From assembly GCA_054600435.1 (NCBI GenBank), contig BAAIJX010000035.1, forward strand, positions 124,001 to 188,000: DNA of 64,000 nucleotides, in the 5' to 3' direction. A model generated the notes under the pieces. The model was given only the letters and a program-made list of their open reading frames with translations, was not told the origin of the DNA and ran no database searches. The first letter of the stretch is position 1, and every line of letters begins with the position of its first letter. Source of the stretch: Neophaeotheca triangularis (lineage: Eukaryota). A program made the translations under genes and the position numbers. Positions 12,378-23,328 of the stretch are shown in pieces.

Positions 12378-13058
12378 TCATTTTGTAGCTGATTCTTTCT
12401 TCCCTCTGCCCTTCCGCTTCCTCCAACTCTCAACGCCTCGATCCATCTCGTTCCTATCAACGCCATCCGGTACGAGCCACATGACCACTCCCAACTCCTC
12501 CACATTCTTATTCCTTGATTCGTCGTCGAAGAACAGCATCTCCTCAAAGGGTATACCCGTAGCCTTTTGTAGCTTCTTAAAGTGCGCAGTCTTGTTACCA
12601 GGATAGATTTCCAAATGATCGAACAGGCTTATCGCAGTCGGCCGCTCGGTCGCCGCTTCGCCGCTCTCGTGCGGGATACGCAGCAGCTTAAGCATGGAGC
12701 GTGCGAGGTCTGGTGCACATGTCCGCGAAGCCGCGCCGAGGGTTATGTTTTTTTCTTTTATAGAAGCGAGAATGCCCGCTACATCTGTGTAAAAGCCGAA
12801 AGACTGGTTGTAGCGGTCTTTCACCTTGAGGCCCGAAGTTGTTGCCTTTACGGGTCCGGAAACGTGGGTATCGCACCAGCACGGCCAGAGCGTGTAATCG
12901 AGGTCGAAGACTATCAGTTTGGGGAGGGGGAGGCCGTCATTGAAAGTCGAGGGGGCGGAGATCGATGCCGCAGGGTCGGTGGTTGTGGTGAAGCCATCGC
13001 CATCGTCGGATGATACGGAGGCTTTGGAGAGTCGGTTTTTGCGATTGAGACGGGTCAT
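12378..13058 (-). CDS. Magnesium-dependent phosphatase 1 (HAD IIIC)
   Basis: VFDLDYTLWP, AASRT, EIYPGNKTAHF and MLFFDDESRN motifs. Confidence 0.9.
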   Translation of the reverse strand: MTRLNRKNRLSKASVSSDDGDGFTTTTDPAASISAPSTFNDGLPLPKLIVFDLDYTLWPCWCDTHVSGPVKATTSGLKVKDRYNQSFGFYTDVAGILASIKEKNITLGAASRTCAPDLARSMLKLLRIPHESGEAATERPTAISLFDHLEIYPGNKTAHFKKLQKATGIPFEEMLFFDDESRNKNVEELGVVMWLVPDGVDRNEMDRGVESWRKRKGRGKKESATK

Positions 13059-14285
13059 TATGCTTGGAGTGTCTGCGAAGGAGAGGGCGAGGATCAGGGC
13101 GATGACGGCAACGGCGAGCCCTGCTAGGGTCGTCGAGCGTCGCTGAGGTGCTGTCGATATCTTGGTGCTTGGAGGTTTGCCGGAATTCCACTTCTGTCTC
13201 GAGCCTTCGTCTTGCTATGTGATCTTGAAACGGGTCAGTAGTAGGTGAATAAAATACAGTCCCATTATCGGTCATGCTCTTGTCACAGTACTACCTAGGT
13301 TGTTTGGCGTGAGATTCGGCGATAAGATAAGAAAGCTAAAAGACTCGAGTATCTGACCTCACTTTCTTGACGGGAATGTGGACGGGAGCCACATCTCATA
13401 CAAGCATCACAACCACGTGTCCTGCTCTGCGATGAAACTAACAAGGATTTTGGTACGAGGCCACCCATGACCGTTTGACACTGGATAGCAAGACACGTAG
13501 CCCGCCCGTATTCTACGCAGCCCTGAATACTTGGTTGTAGTCCAGATTCAGAAGTCTACTTTTAGTCCAGAGACATGGCCGACGAAAGCTGAAGCGAGTC
13601 GGCAGAAGGCCGCAAGAACTCTGTCCACTGGCCGTGTAGCCTACGGTAACCCACATTCGATCTCATGGGATCGGGACGCTTCGTTGCGTTGAATGCAGGA
13701 GTTGGTGTCGGGATGCTAGGTGAGCAGAAGCAGCAGGGAGCAAAGGCCCCGATCGTGGCCACAATGGTAGCATGAAGGGCCCTTGAGATATCACCACCAG
13801 GAGCGTTCCGAGTGAGATAGCTTTGGCTTGTGACTGAGGGTCTGAGGCACCCTGGAAAGGGTTGTGACATCTAAAATGCAATCGTAGGCTAGGTACGCCG
13901 TTGGATTTGCTGAATCTTGGTAAGATTTTCGTTCGCATTCCCATATCCTTCTTAATCAATCTCCGGGACGTTGCATTAAATTGACAGTCCGAACAACGTC
14001 TTCCCTGGAGCAGATGCAACCATCCGATGTGGCGTGAATGAACCAGGCGGCAACGTGCATCGACCCAGAGAGCTATGCCAAGACTAAGCTTATAGTCGTG
14101 CCTTCCAGATATGGAACCTGCGACTACCTACGTTTGCGCGGCATCTCGCATTCCCGTCGTTCAGCTTCCACCTTCACTGAAGCCTCACGCCATCCCAACA
14201 TCTTCACTTGCCAAACGCAACAACACCACTTTGGAGAATTGAGGCCAGCGACGAACCTCTTCGCCAGGCAGACACCACCGCGAAG

Positions 14286-16229
14286 ATGCCGATGAAAAGC
14301 AACAAGTTCGACTATACCAACCGACCCAACAGTGGACCGAAACTGGGCGAGATCATTGGCAATGCTCTACGCAAGGAAGCCGAAAAGCACCTCAAGGCCG
14401 CGCAGAAACAGGCAGGCAAGTCAAGGAAGGTCTCCAACGTCAGCGCCGGGACTGAGCACGATGACACCACGCCCAAAAACCACGCGGCCCACCTCATCGA
14501 TCTTAAGGCGCCATCAAAGAACCTTGAGGACGTGGGAGTTGTCGCTCTTTGCGAAGGCCTCGAGAAAGCCTTGACTTGTGGTGACCAACCGTTCTTTGCC
14601 CTCGAGGATCTAAATCTCTCAAACAACGACATCACCCCTGCGGCGCTGCCGAAGCTGGCAAGGATCATAACTCTCGCAGGCAGGGACATCAGGACGCTCG
14701 ACCTTTCGGCGAACAACATCCACGTCTCCTCTCCAGCGGACGCGGCTGCATGGTCTACCTTCCTCTGCTCATTCAACTACTGCCAGGGCCTACGGAGGCT
14801 CGATCTGAGTGGGAACAAGCTGGGATCACAAGCCTTGGAGATCTTGGCCCGCATTCACGTTCGCCAAATCGACCCTACCTTTCAGGCACCTGATGACCTT
14901 CGGCCTAAGACTAGGCAGTCCCCCGAACTTTCGAGCGAGACTATGGGCTCACCGCCAAAGAGCGCTGGTTCCAGCGAGCAAGAACTTGAGAGGTACGCAG
15001 CAGAAGGCATTGCAATCCAAGGTCACGCCGGGTTGCGCTCGCTCCCGTTCATCAATATTACAAAGACCGCGATGACAGATGCGGGCGCGCTGTGGCTTTC
15101 CTACCTGCTTGTCAACCATCCCTACCCTGTCCAACTTATGAATGTCGCAAGCGAGACTAGTTTCGACAGCACCTTCCAAGTGCATCATCAGGGGGAACCA
15201 AATAATGGGGTGGCTTGGCTGTGCGCCGAAAACTCGAAGCTCAGCAGGGATGGAATTGGTCTGCTCAAGAAGGCCGAGGCTGTGCGAAAGGATTTCTTCG
15301 TGCCGGAGGATCTTGAACTGGAAGAGGAGCACACCACACACACGGATAAGCGGAGGGATTCTCGAGCGACAAGAGGGAGCCGCAGGGTCAGCTACGTCAA
15401 CGTGCCCGAGGAAGGTCTTAAGAGCTTGCGCAACAGAGTCCAGCGTAGCGTCATTGCCCACGATGGAGCGTCAGCGGTAGGGTTGTGGAGTGCGGCGCTC
15501 CAGATAATTAAGTGCTCTCGCACTCTTCTGGCCTTGGTTCCAACTACCAGACGGTTCTACACTGGCGAGACGTTGGTCAAAACCAAGTTGGACCCTCCCT
15601 CAACCGCATCTGCCGAAGACATGGGTCGGCCAGCCTTGCCGTCTGCTGGCGCCCATGCGCGCACGCCTTCATCCACAGCTGCCGGGCTCTCCAAAGTATT
15701 TATTGATTCTCAGCACGAGGCCGGCAAAGGGAAGAGACAGTCGTACGCCACGACGCTCGCAATTTCGACCAAGTCCTCGAAGGACGACAGCAGCAGCAAC
15801 TCAGTCGCAATCACTGAAGTCACGAATAGTCCTCGTACACCCAAGCTCGTTCTCGCGCATAGGAAGGGAGCGTTTAGCGAGGGGACCGACCTCTCCGCTG
15901 CCACGGCCAAGTTGCAGAAGCTTACTTTGGACAAGCGTGACGAAGAGGTCGCAAGTGAGCCATGGATCGGCTTTCAGAAGAGCGTGTTGGCAGAGTGGCC
16001 GTATCAGGACTTGGAGAACGTGACGCACCTGCCTCTGGGCTTGCTCAGGACAATAATGGTACAATCGATTGGCGATTGCGTAGAGTTGTTGAGCGACGAG
16101 CAATTCAAGAAGGCTGTGGAATGGGGGCTGGATAGGGGCACACTGGCGGCGGAGAGGGAATGGGTGAAGTTCGACGAGAGCAACCAAATTTGGCACCTGC
16201 TGGAGAAGGTTGACTGCCTCGCATACTAG
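14286..16229 (+). CDS. Leucine-rich repeat (RNI-like) hypothetical protein
   Basis: LRRs LEDLNLSNNDI, IRTLDLSANNI and LRRLDLSGNKL in a long single ORF. Confidence 0.8.
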   Translation: MPMKSNKFDYTNRPNSGPKLGEIIGNALRKEAEKHLKAAQKQAGKSRKVSNVSAGTEHDDTTPKNHAAHLIDLKAPSKNLEDVGVVALCEGLEKALTCGDQPFFALEDLNLSNNDITPAALPKLARIITLAGRDIRTLDLSANNIHVSSPADAAAWSTFLCSFNYCQGLRRLDLSGNKLGSQALEILARIHVRQIDPTFQAPDDLRPKTRQSPELSSETMGSPPKSAGSSEQELERYAAEGIAIQGHAGLRSLPFINITKTAMTDAGALWLSYLLVNHPYPVQLMNVASETSFDSTFQVHHQGEPNNGVAWLCAENSKLSRDGIGLLKKAEAVRKDFFVPEDLELEEEHTTHTDKRRDSRATRGSRRVSYVNVPEEGLKSLRNRVQRSVIAHDGASAVGLWSAALQIIKCSRTLLALVPTTRRFYTGETLVKTKLDPPSTASAEDMGRPALPSAGAHARTPSSTAAGLSKVFIDSQHEAGKGKRQSYATTLAISTKSSKDDSSSNSVAITEVTNSPRTPKLVLAHRKGAFSEGTDLSAATAKLQKLTLDKRDEEVASEPWIGFQKSVLAEWPYQDLENVTHLPLGLLRTIMVQSIGDCVELLSDEQFKKAVEWGLDRGTLAAEREWVKFDESNQIWHLLEKVDCLAY

Positions 16230-16512
16230 GAATAATTGGCAGTTCCGCATGCAGGCTGGCCGCAAACCCCTGCGATCTGACTTGACCCGGCAGTTCCGTC
16301 AGCCTGCGAGCCTCGAGGTCACGATTGAAGAGAAGGCTGTGTCGCACATAGTCGCACATGGGAGGTGGATCGATGGAGGATTGTCTATTGCTTCGGCTGA
16401 AGAGGTCCGTGGCACGATTCCAAGTGGAAGTCTTCGATGACATTCACCACGAGACCACGGTCGTTTGCGGGTCGGTTGCGGCGATGATGGTGGGCTGGTA
16501 GATGAGTTCGGT

Positions 16513-17508
16513 CCTGGCAGTCTTTAGGGCTAAGTCATGTAGAAAGTGTGTAGACCTCTCGTCTCCCCCACGTGCAAGCAGGTAGACCGTAAGTTAGGCA
16601 ATCTCGAGAATGAGCAAGCCAATTGATGAAGACGACGATGAGCGTGCCCCGGCCTTTGATAAACGGCGGATTTGTTCTAGAGCGTGGGCGGCTGACAAGT
16701 CAAGTTGGGCTTACAATTGGTCACACCTTCAGGTTGTTACTAGTAATGTTTGATCTGATCTCATCAGAATCCGTCGCGAGAGCGCGTTACCCACTAAGCC
16801 AGATTGAGACGACTTTTCCGGCGGGTATAACCACTGCAGGTAATGGAACTTAATTAGGTATGGGGCCCTGGGGCCCTGGGGCCTCGGGGAGACAAACGTT
16901 AGTGCGGTAGACCCACATCGGGCATGCTTCTGCCTGACAAAACAGGCGCACTGCCTTGCCAGTGCCGACTTCACATCTTTAATCGTCTCCTTCTCACCAC
17001 CGGACTCGCCCATAAGTCATCGAAAGCGTCGAGTAACTGTCCGGAGAAGGGATGGGAAGGGAAAATGGGAAGATGGAAAAAGAACCGTAAGGGTGGAATG
17101 GCAAAAGCTTGGCCATCACGAAATACTAGTACTACTTGAGTCTCTTGCCAAGTTTAATCGTGCTACCAAGCCCGCCACAGCCTGGGCGTTCTTGGACAAA
17201 CACAATCTGGGCCTGTGGACGCGCATGGCGTGTCTTGTCTGCTCCAGCTAAGCCTCCCGTCTCTCTCTCTCTCTCTTCCATTCTCTCTCTTTCTTGGTAC
17301 CTGCCGAAATTCACTGCTGTCCATTTTCGAGCCCACGTGCCCCGACTGAGCGTTGCTGTTGGCTTCGTGGAATCGTCCTAGGTATGCTTTCAACGAGCTG
17401 ATCTCTTGCCTACGCGCACTCAACGTGGGCTTAGTCTGTACTATGTGAGGGCCTCACACGCCCTCTTTCCCTTTCCTTGTCCCCTTCTCTCTAACCTGGC
17501 CCCTTGGC
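16513..17508. promoter_or_regulatory. Pho4/NUC-1-type E-boxes and PacC sites upstream of the phosphate symporter
   Basis: CCCACGTGC at 16567 and 17332; AACGTGGG at 17422; GCCARG (either strand) at 16513, 17108, 17147, 17495 and 17503. Confidence 0.65.
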
Positions 17509-17581
17509 GAGGTCAACCAACCAACAAGTGGCTTGCAATTTCTGCACTCGCACCATCCTTCCCTTTGCACACCCTTTTGTT

Positions 17582-17600
17582 TATATATATATATATATAT
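17582..17600. repeat. (TA)n microsatellite at the TATA position of the symporter promoter
   Basis: TATATATATATATATATAT about 150 nt upstream of ATG 17743. Confidence 0.8.
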
Positions 17601-17742
17601 TTCTTGCCCTTTCTCCCCCACCACCCTTGAATCCTTGGGCAGCAGCACTAACACTCTCGGTCTTCCAAGAGTACTTCACTCCCTCAAGGCTTTCAGCCAT
17701 ATCCAATCGAAGCTTCACCGCCGCCTCCAAGCTTCCTTCGCA

Positions 17743-19467
17743 ATGGCTGCTCTTCCAGGTGTCGACTGGATCATTGCCTTGCTTACCATCGCCTTCTGCG
17801 CATCCTCCTTCGGTAACGGTGCCAACGATGTCGCCAACTCCTACGCGACCTCCGTCGCCGCCAGGACCCTCACTCTCGTCCAAGTCGGTGTCCTCGCCGC
17901 CATCACCGAGTTCATTGGTGCCGTTGCACTAGGAGCTCGCGTCACTGGTACCATCAAGAACGATGTCATCGACCTCGGCCGCTTCGTCGACAACCCTCGC
18001 GTTTTGGTTCTCGCAATGGGATGCGCTGAGTTCGCCAGTGCTTTCTGGTTGCTCCTGGCCACTCGTCTCGGATTCCCCGTTTCCACCACTCAGACCATCG
18101 TCGGTGCCCTCGTCGGCGTCGGTATCGCCGCTCAATCTCAAGTCTCCTGGGCTTGGGACAGCGGCAGCGTTTCTCAGGTCGCAGCTTCATGGGGTATTGC
18201 CCCCGCCATCGCCGCCTGCTTCGCCGCCATCTTGTTCATGACGATCAAGTTTTCGATTCTGGAACGCAAAGACCCCCTCAAGAAGGCCATGCGTGCCATT
18301 CCCATCTACTTGGCCTTCACTGCTGCTGTCCTCGCCATGTTCTTCGTTGTTGAGCTTGCCCCTGGTGGGGCTGACATCGACGACATGCCTCCTGGTGAAC
18401 CCGTCGGAATTGTCCTGGGCGTCTTCTTTGGCGTTCTCGCCATCTCTTACATCTTCTTCATGCCCTACTTCCACCGCCGTCTCATCCAAAGCGATGCTCG
18501 TGTGCGCGCTTGGCACATTCCCCTAGGCCCGCTTCTCTACAGGGAGAACCCTCCCCTCTACTTTCCTGGTGACGCAAACGGCGAGCCCGTTGTCAACTAC
18601 TATGAGAGTAACAGCGCCAACGTCGTCTCTGGCGGCCACAGCGCCCCTCAAGAAAACATCGACGAGAAGAGGACTGACAACTTCACCGACGAGACCATGC
18701 GCACCGATCAATCTTCCAGTGAGCGCGACATTGAGAACAGCGCCGGCCAAGAAGCCAACCCTCCCAACAAGAAGATCGAGCCTGAAGACCGCTTCCTCGC
18801 ACCAAACAGGCACCTCCCCGTCTTCCACCCGCAACGCCTCTGGGGCTTCGTCAAGTACGTCCTCCTTCAAGGTGTTACCCGCGACTGCGTCACATACGAC
18901 TCGGAGCACATGAAGAAGACTCACGAACTTGCCGTTGTCTACGAGAACCGTGTCGAACATCTCTGGACCTACTGCCAAGTCGCCTCCGCTATCATCATGT
19001 CCATCTCCCACGGTTCCAACGACGTTGCCAACGCGGTCGGCCCCTGGGTCGCTGCCTACAACACTTGGCAAGATGGCTTCGTCGATGAGGAGGGTGAGAC
19101 TGGTACTCCCGTCTGGATCCTCGTCGTTGCCGGTATCCTGCTCGGCGCCGGTTTCTGGTTCTTCGGCTGGAGAATCATCCGCGCCCTCGGCAACCGCATC
19201 ACACGTGTCAGCCCGACCCGTGGCTACAGCATCGAGCTCGGTGCCGCCATCACCGTCCTCCTGGCGTCGCGTCTCGGCCTGCCCGTCTCCACCACTCAGT
19301 GCCTCACTGGCGCCACTCTCGGTGTCGCGCTGTGCAACTTCCAGCTCGGTGCCGTGAACTGGCGCCAATTGGTTTTCATTCTCTTCGGCTGGCTCTTGAC
19401 CCTGCCGTGCGCCGGTCTCATCGCCGGCTTGCTTTTCGCCATGGCCAACAACTCGCCTGGCTTTTAG
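17743..19467 (+). CDS. PHO89: PiT-family Na+/phosphate symporter (Pho89 / Neurospora PHO-4 type)
   Basis: Two signature repeats GNGANDVANS and HGSNDVANA, PVSTTQ twice, multiple TM helices, strong codon bias. Confidence 0.93.
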   Translation: MAALPGVDWIIALLTIAFCASSFGNGANDVANSYATSVAARTLTLVQVGVLAAITEFIGAVALGARVTGTIKNDVIDLGRFVDNPRVLVLAMGCAEFASAFWLLLATRLGFPVSTTQTIVGALVGVGIAAQSQVSWAWDSGSVSQVAASWGIAPAIAACFAAILFMTIKFSILERKDPLKKAMRAIPIYLAFTAAVLAMFFVVELAPGGADIDDMPPGEPVGIVLGVFFGVLAISYIFFMPYFHRRLIQSDARVRAWHIPLGPLLYRENPPLYFPGDANGEPVVNYYESNSANVVSGGHSAPQENIDEKRTDNFTDETMRTDQSSSERDIENSAGQEANPPNKKIEPEDRFLAPNRHLPVFHPQRLWGFVKYVLLQGVTRDCVTYDSEHMKKTHELAVVYENRVEHLWTYCQVASAIIMSISHGSNDVANAVGPWVAAYNTWQDGFVDEEGETGTPVWILVVAGILLGAGFWFFGWRIIRALGNRITRVSPTRGYSIELGAAITVLLASRLGLPVSTTQCLTGATLGVALCNFQLGAVNWRQLVFILFGWLLTLPCAGLIAGLLFAMANNSPGF

Positions 19468-21073
19468 ATTGCAGTAGCGTACAAGCGTGTGGTTTTTTGA
19501 GCGGGCGTGTTATCTGAAAGGTTCGGTACCTTCAATGTGTCTATGCCATAGAGAATTAAATCTATTGTCCAATGATTGCCAGTGTCATTTCTTGTATTTT
19601 CAATTGTGTGCTGTGCTACAGCCTACGGCATTTTCGAGCTTCTCGCCTTACGACTGCATCACCCCCTCCACACCTCACCTGCAAGCCACCTAAGACCTGA
19701 CTGATCCTTCGGCTATATAGCTGCAAAGCGAGACTTCAGTCACGTTATGCTCGATAAATGGCCTGCGCCACGAACTACCTCAGACCAACATTGCTCACGG
19801 AGCTAATATCACGAACCCGGAACAACACACGCCGCAATACGCTTGATCCCTGCTGACTCCATCCGACATCACTGACGCATACCCATCATCCCGACTGGGA
19901 ATTAAGCAAAGATCAAGCCTTCGGCAAGCGAGTGTCTGCAGAGCCATGTTGCAACACGCTCAAGCCTACCGGCATCTTCTCTATCTGAAGAGAGTAAGTA
20001 CAAAGCACGACGGGTTCTTGTTATCTACACGTTGACCTGACACTGCACTAAAAGAGCCCCCGCGTTTGTCCAGTCAACACAATATCCGCGATCAAAAGTT
20101 TGGGGAATCAGCCATACCTTCTTTCTGGAGTAGTAGAGATAGTTGAACCAGGTCTGAGCACCACTTGAATTAAGATTGCTTTCAAGTAGAACGCTGGATC
20201 ATTGCTTTGCGGTCAGTAGCTTTGGACCAAACCATGAGTATTCGATACTGGGAACGGGGTGTCTGTCGTAAAAAGTCTACAACCAGTCGGGAACGCGAAC
20301 AGCTTCCAGCAGGGTTTCCTAGAGGTCTCTGAGCCACGCGGCCATCTCAGGTACGAACGCGGACAATGGCCAGACCCCAGGTAAGTCGGGAGCTTTCCAA
20401 GGCCTTCGCAAGACCGGGCCGCTTTTGGATCAAAAGTGATGATGGGTCGGAGTTCAAGTCTTGATCACTACTATCGCCCAGTGGGAACGCCATTTCCCAC
20501 TCGCGATGCCACTGAAGAACTACAGGTTCTCTACGAAAAATCGCCTACGATGCTAGCAACATGATAGTCACTCTACAAGTGTCACATACAAATGTCTGTC
20601 TATAGATTATAAGAAGGACAATACCTGCCCAAACCCTAACCCTTTGACAAGCACGATGTCATTCGATAGTCCATTAGATGGCCGCTACCAGTGACCGTGT
20701 GAAATCATCTCGAGAACACTCCCGGTGTGAAGTATAATTAATTGTGAATGGGCAAAGAAGGTGCATAGGAGCCTACCTAGTGGCTAGCTTGAGGCCCGCC
20801 AAGGCACCTCGCTTGCTCTACATCCTTGCATAAGCTCGCAAACCTGGAAAGTAGCATCAACATGTCAGCTGCGACGGTTCTCGGCGTTTGCGTCTGACTG
20901 GCAATCATGGACGTGAGAGTGAAACGACAATCTTTTGAGGGCATTCACGAGCCCAGCTGGTAGCAATTCACCACATAGCTTGCTTCTTAAGGTGAGTGAG
21001 CGCGGCTACTTCCAGCACTTCGACGCAACAAGAGCTGGCGCACCATTCGAACGCTCAGGAAGACCCCCGTCAA

Positions 21074-23328
21074 ATGGCATCGATATCTTCCACAAAGCAC
21101 GCAGCTTCGATCGTGAAGCGTGCGAAGCTTATCCACGAAACTCAGCAACAAGCCAACCCCCAAACCACCGAGCCTTTCGAAACCTTCCTGGAGCGCCTCC
21201 CGGGACCGGGCCAAGCGGCAGCGGAACCGGTGATTGTTGACACGAGCCAGCCTATATCACATTACTTCATTTCAAGCAGCCACAATACTTACCTCACCGG
21301 CAATCAGCTCTATTCAAAGGCCAGCACGGACGCTTATAAAGACGTCCTCAAACGAGGCTGTCGTTGCATCGAGATTGATGTCTGGGATGGGGATGACTCG
21401 GATTCTTCTTCCTCTGCGTCTTCTTTCGACGGCGAACATGGCAAGGGTGAGCGCAGAGGCAGTGATGTTGGCAGACTGAGTGGCCTCTTCAAGAAGGGAT
21501 TCGGGAAGTTTCGCGGACGAAGTGGCTCGAAGGGAGGCAACCGCGTTGAGGCGAACGAGGCTGCCGCGGCAGAGTCCCCCGTTGAGGATCAAGACTCTAT
21601 GCCGATCCCATGGAGGATAGAGTCTGGTCGAGTCGAGCCGAAGGTACTCCATGGCTACACACTCACGAAAGACGTCACGTTCAGAGCTGTCTGCTCCACC
21701 GTAGGAGACTTTGCCTTCAAGACATCGGATCTTCCGCTCATAGTTAGCCTGGAGGTACATGCCAGTCACGAACAGCAGGAGCAAATGGTAGAGATTATGA
21801 ATGACTACTGGCGACAGTATCTCATCCCGCCTTCACCAGAGCATACGGAAGAGACGCCTCTACCTACACTCGAGAGCCTAAAGAAGAAAATCCTGATCAA
21901 GGTCAAGTATTCTCCTCCCGAAAAGGCTAGCCGGGAGGAGCTGACCAAGATTTCATCCAAGGGAAAGGGACGCACCGATTCTTCAGCAGAGGAGGAAGAC
22001 CAGATTCAGTCGAAGAAGAGTGGCAAGATCATTGCGTCGTTGAGTCAGATGGGAGTCTACACTCGCAGCTGCCACTTTGACAGCTTCGACCAGCCTGAGG
22101 CGAAGATGCCCACCCACGTTTTCTCACTGTCCGAAGGCAAACTCATAGCACAACAGGAGGAGAATGCCGGCCCGCTTTTCAAACACAACCTATCCTACCT
22201 CATGCGAGCATACCCCAAGGGCACCCGAGTGCGCTCTTCCAACCTCGATCCCGCCCCCTTTTGGCGACAGGGTGTCCAAATGGTCGCTCTGAATTGGCAA
22301 CGCGCAGACGCAGCAACGATGATGGAGTCAGCAATGTTCGTGGGGACTGGAGGCTGGATTCTCAAGCCCGATGGATATCGCCCATCTGCCACCGGCGAAG
22401 TCCCTGCCATTGAGCAAGTCACGGTAGACTTCTCGGCGAGATTGTTGGCAGCGCAGGCTTTAGGTCCGGAAGGCAAGACGCCAAAGGCGTACGTCAAGTG
22501 CGAGCTTCATGTTGGGAGTAGGGTGGAGTCGGAGGACGGGCAGATTCCCAGAGGTGGTAAGAACAAAGGCGGCGAGTGGAAAAAACACTCCAAGACGCAG
22601 GAGCAACGAGACCCTGATTTTGGTGGGGAAGTGCTCGATTTCCAGGGAGTTTCAGGCGTGGTGCCTGAGTTGAGCTTTGTAAGGTGAGTTCGAATTTTAC
22701 TTTCTTTGTCCGTGGGACGAAAATGTTCGAGAAAGGCGCTGCAGCCTCGTAGCGACGGCTGCTGCATCGCACAAGGGAGATGGTGCTGTCTTGCATCGTG
22801 CAACCATAAGAACACCGATACGTCGGTTACGCCTACTCTTAACGGCGACTTACGGTTGAGCGGTCAGCTCGAATGCTACCGCGTGGGTCAATGAAGCGCC
22901 TGCTCGCAGGGCCGGAAAGTCAAAGGACTTGCTGCCGCTGGCATGCGCCTCCTGGTCGCCCGAGCGCAAGTTTGATAGCAGGGAGCCGCCGTCCCACTGC
23001 ATGCGTTTCATCTCCGAGGCGGCTATTGCCATGCCGGTATTCGAAATGGACATGTGTGAGAGGTGGCACAAACCGGCGATCTCTCTCTGGATCGTGCGTT
23101 CGATCGCGAAAACGGAAGAGAAATGCCATCGGGCTTTGCTGACCGCTATTCTTTTGTAGGTTCAAGGTTATGGATGACGAGTCGCTTCGGCGAGATGACC
23201 TGCTTGGTTGGGCGTGTTACCGCCTTGATCGGGTGCCAAAGGGGTTGCGACTGATACCGTTGAAAGGGGAGGGCGGAAAGGAAAACGGATCTTCGTTGCT
23301 GGTTGAGCTTTCGATTTCATTCCGTTGA
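21074..23328 (+). CDS. Phosphoinositide-specific phospholipase C (X, Y and C2 domains; intron 22684-23159; about 592 aa)
   Basis: X box [36 protein letters not shown] box [26 protein letters not shown]. The last exon [27 protein letters not shown] completes C2. Start is uncertain. Confidence 0.92.

Noticed and set aside
22859..23147. RNase P/MRP RNA in the PLC intron (GGAAAGTC at 22914, GGGCTTT at 23131, terminal stem)
   Set aside because: Only about 6 bp of a P4-like pairing are possible and the CR-IV/CR-V consensus is not matched, so it is not called; cmscan would settle it.
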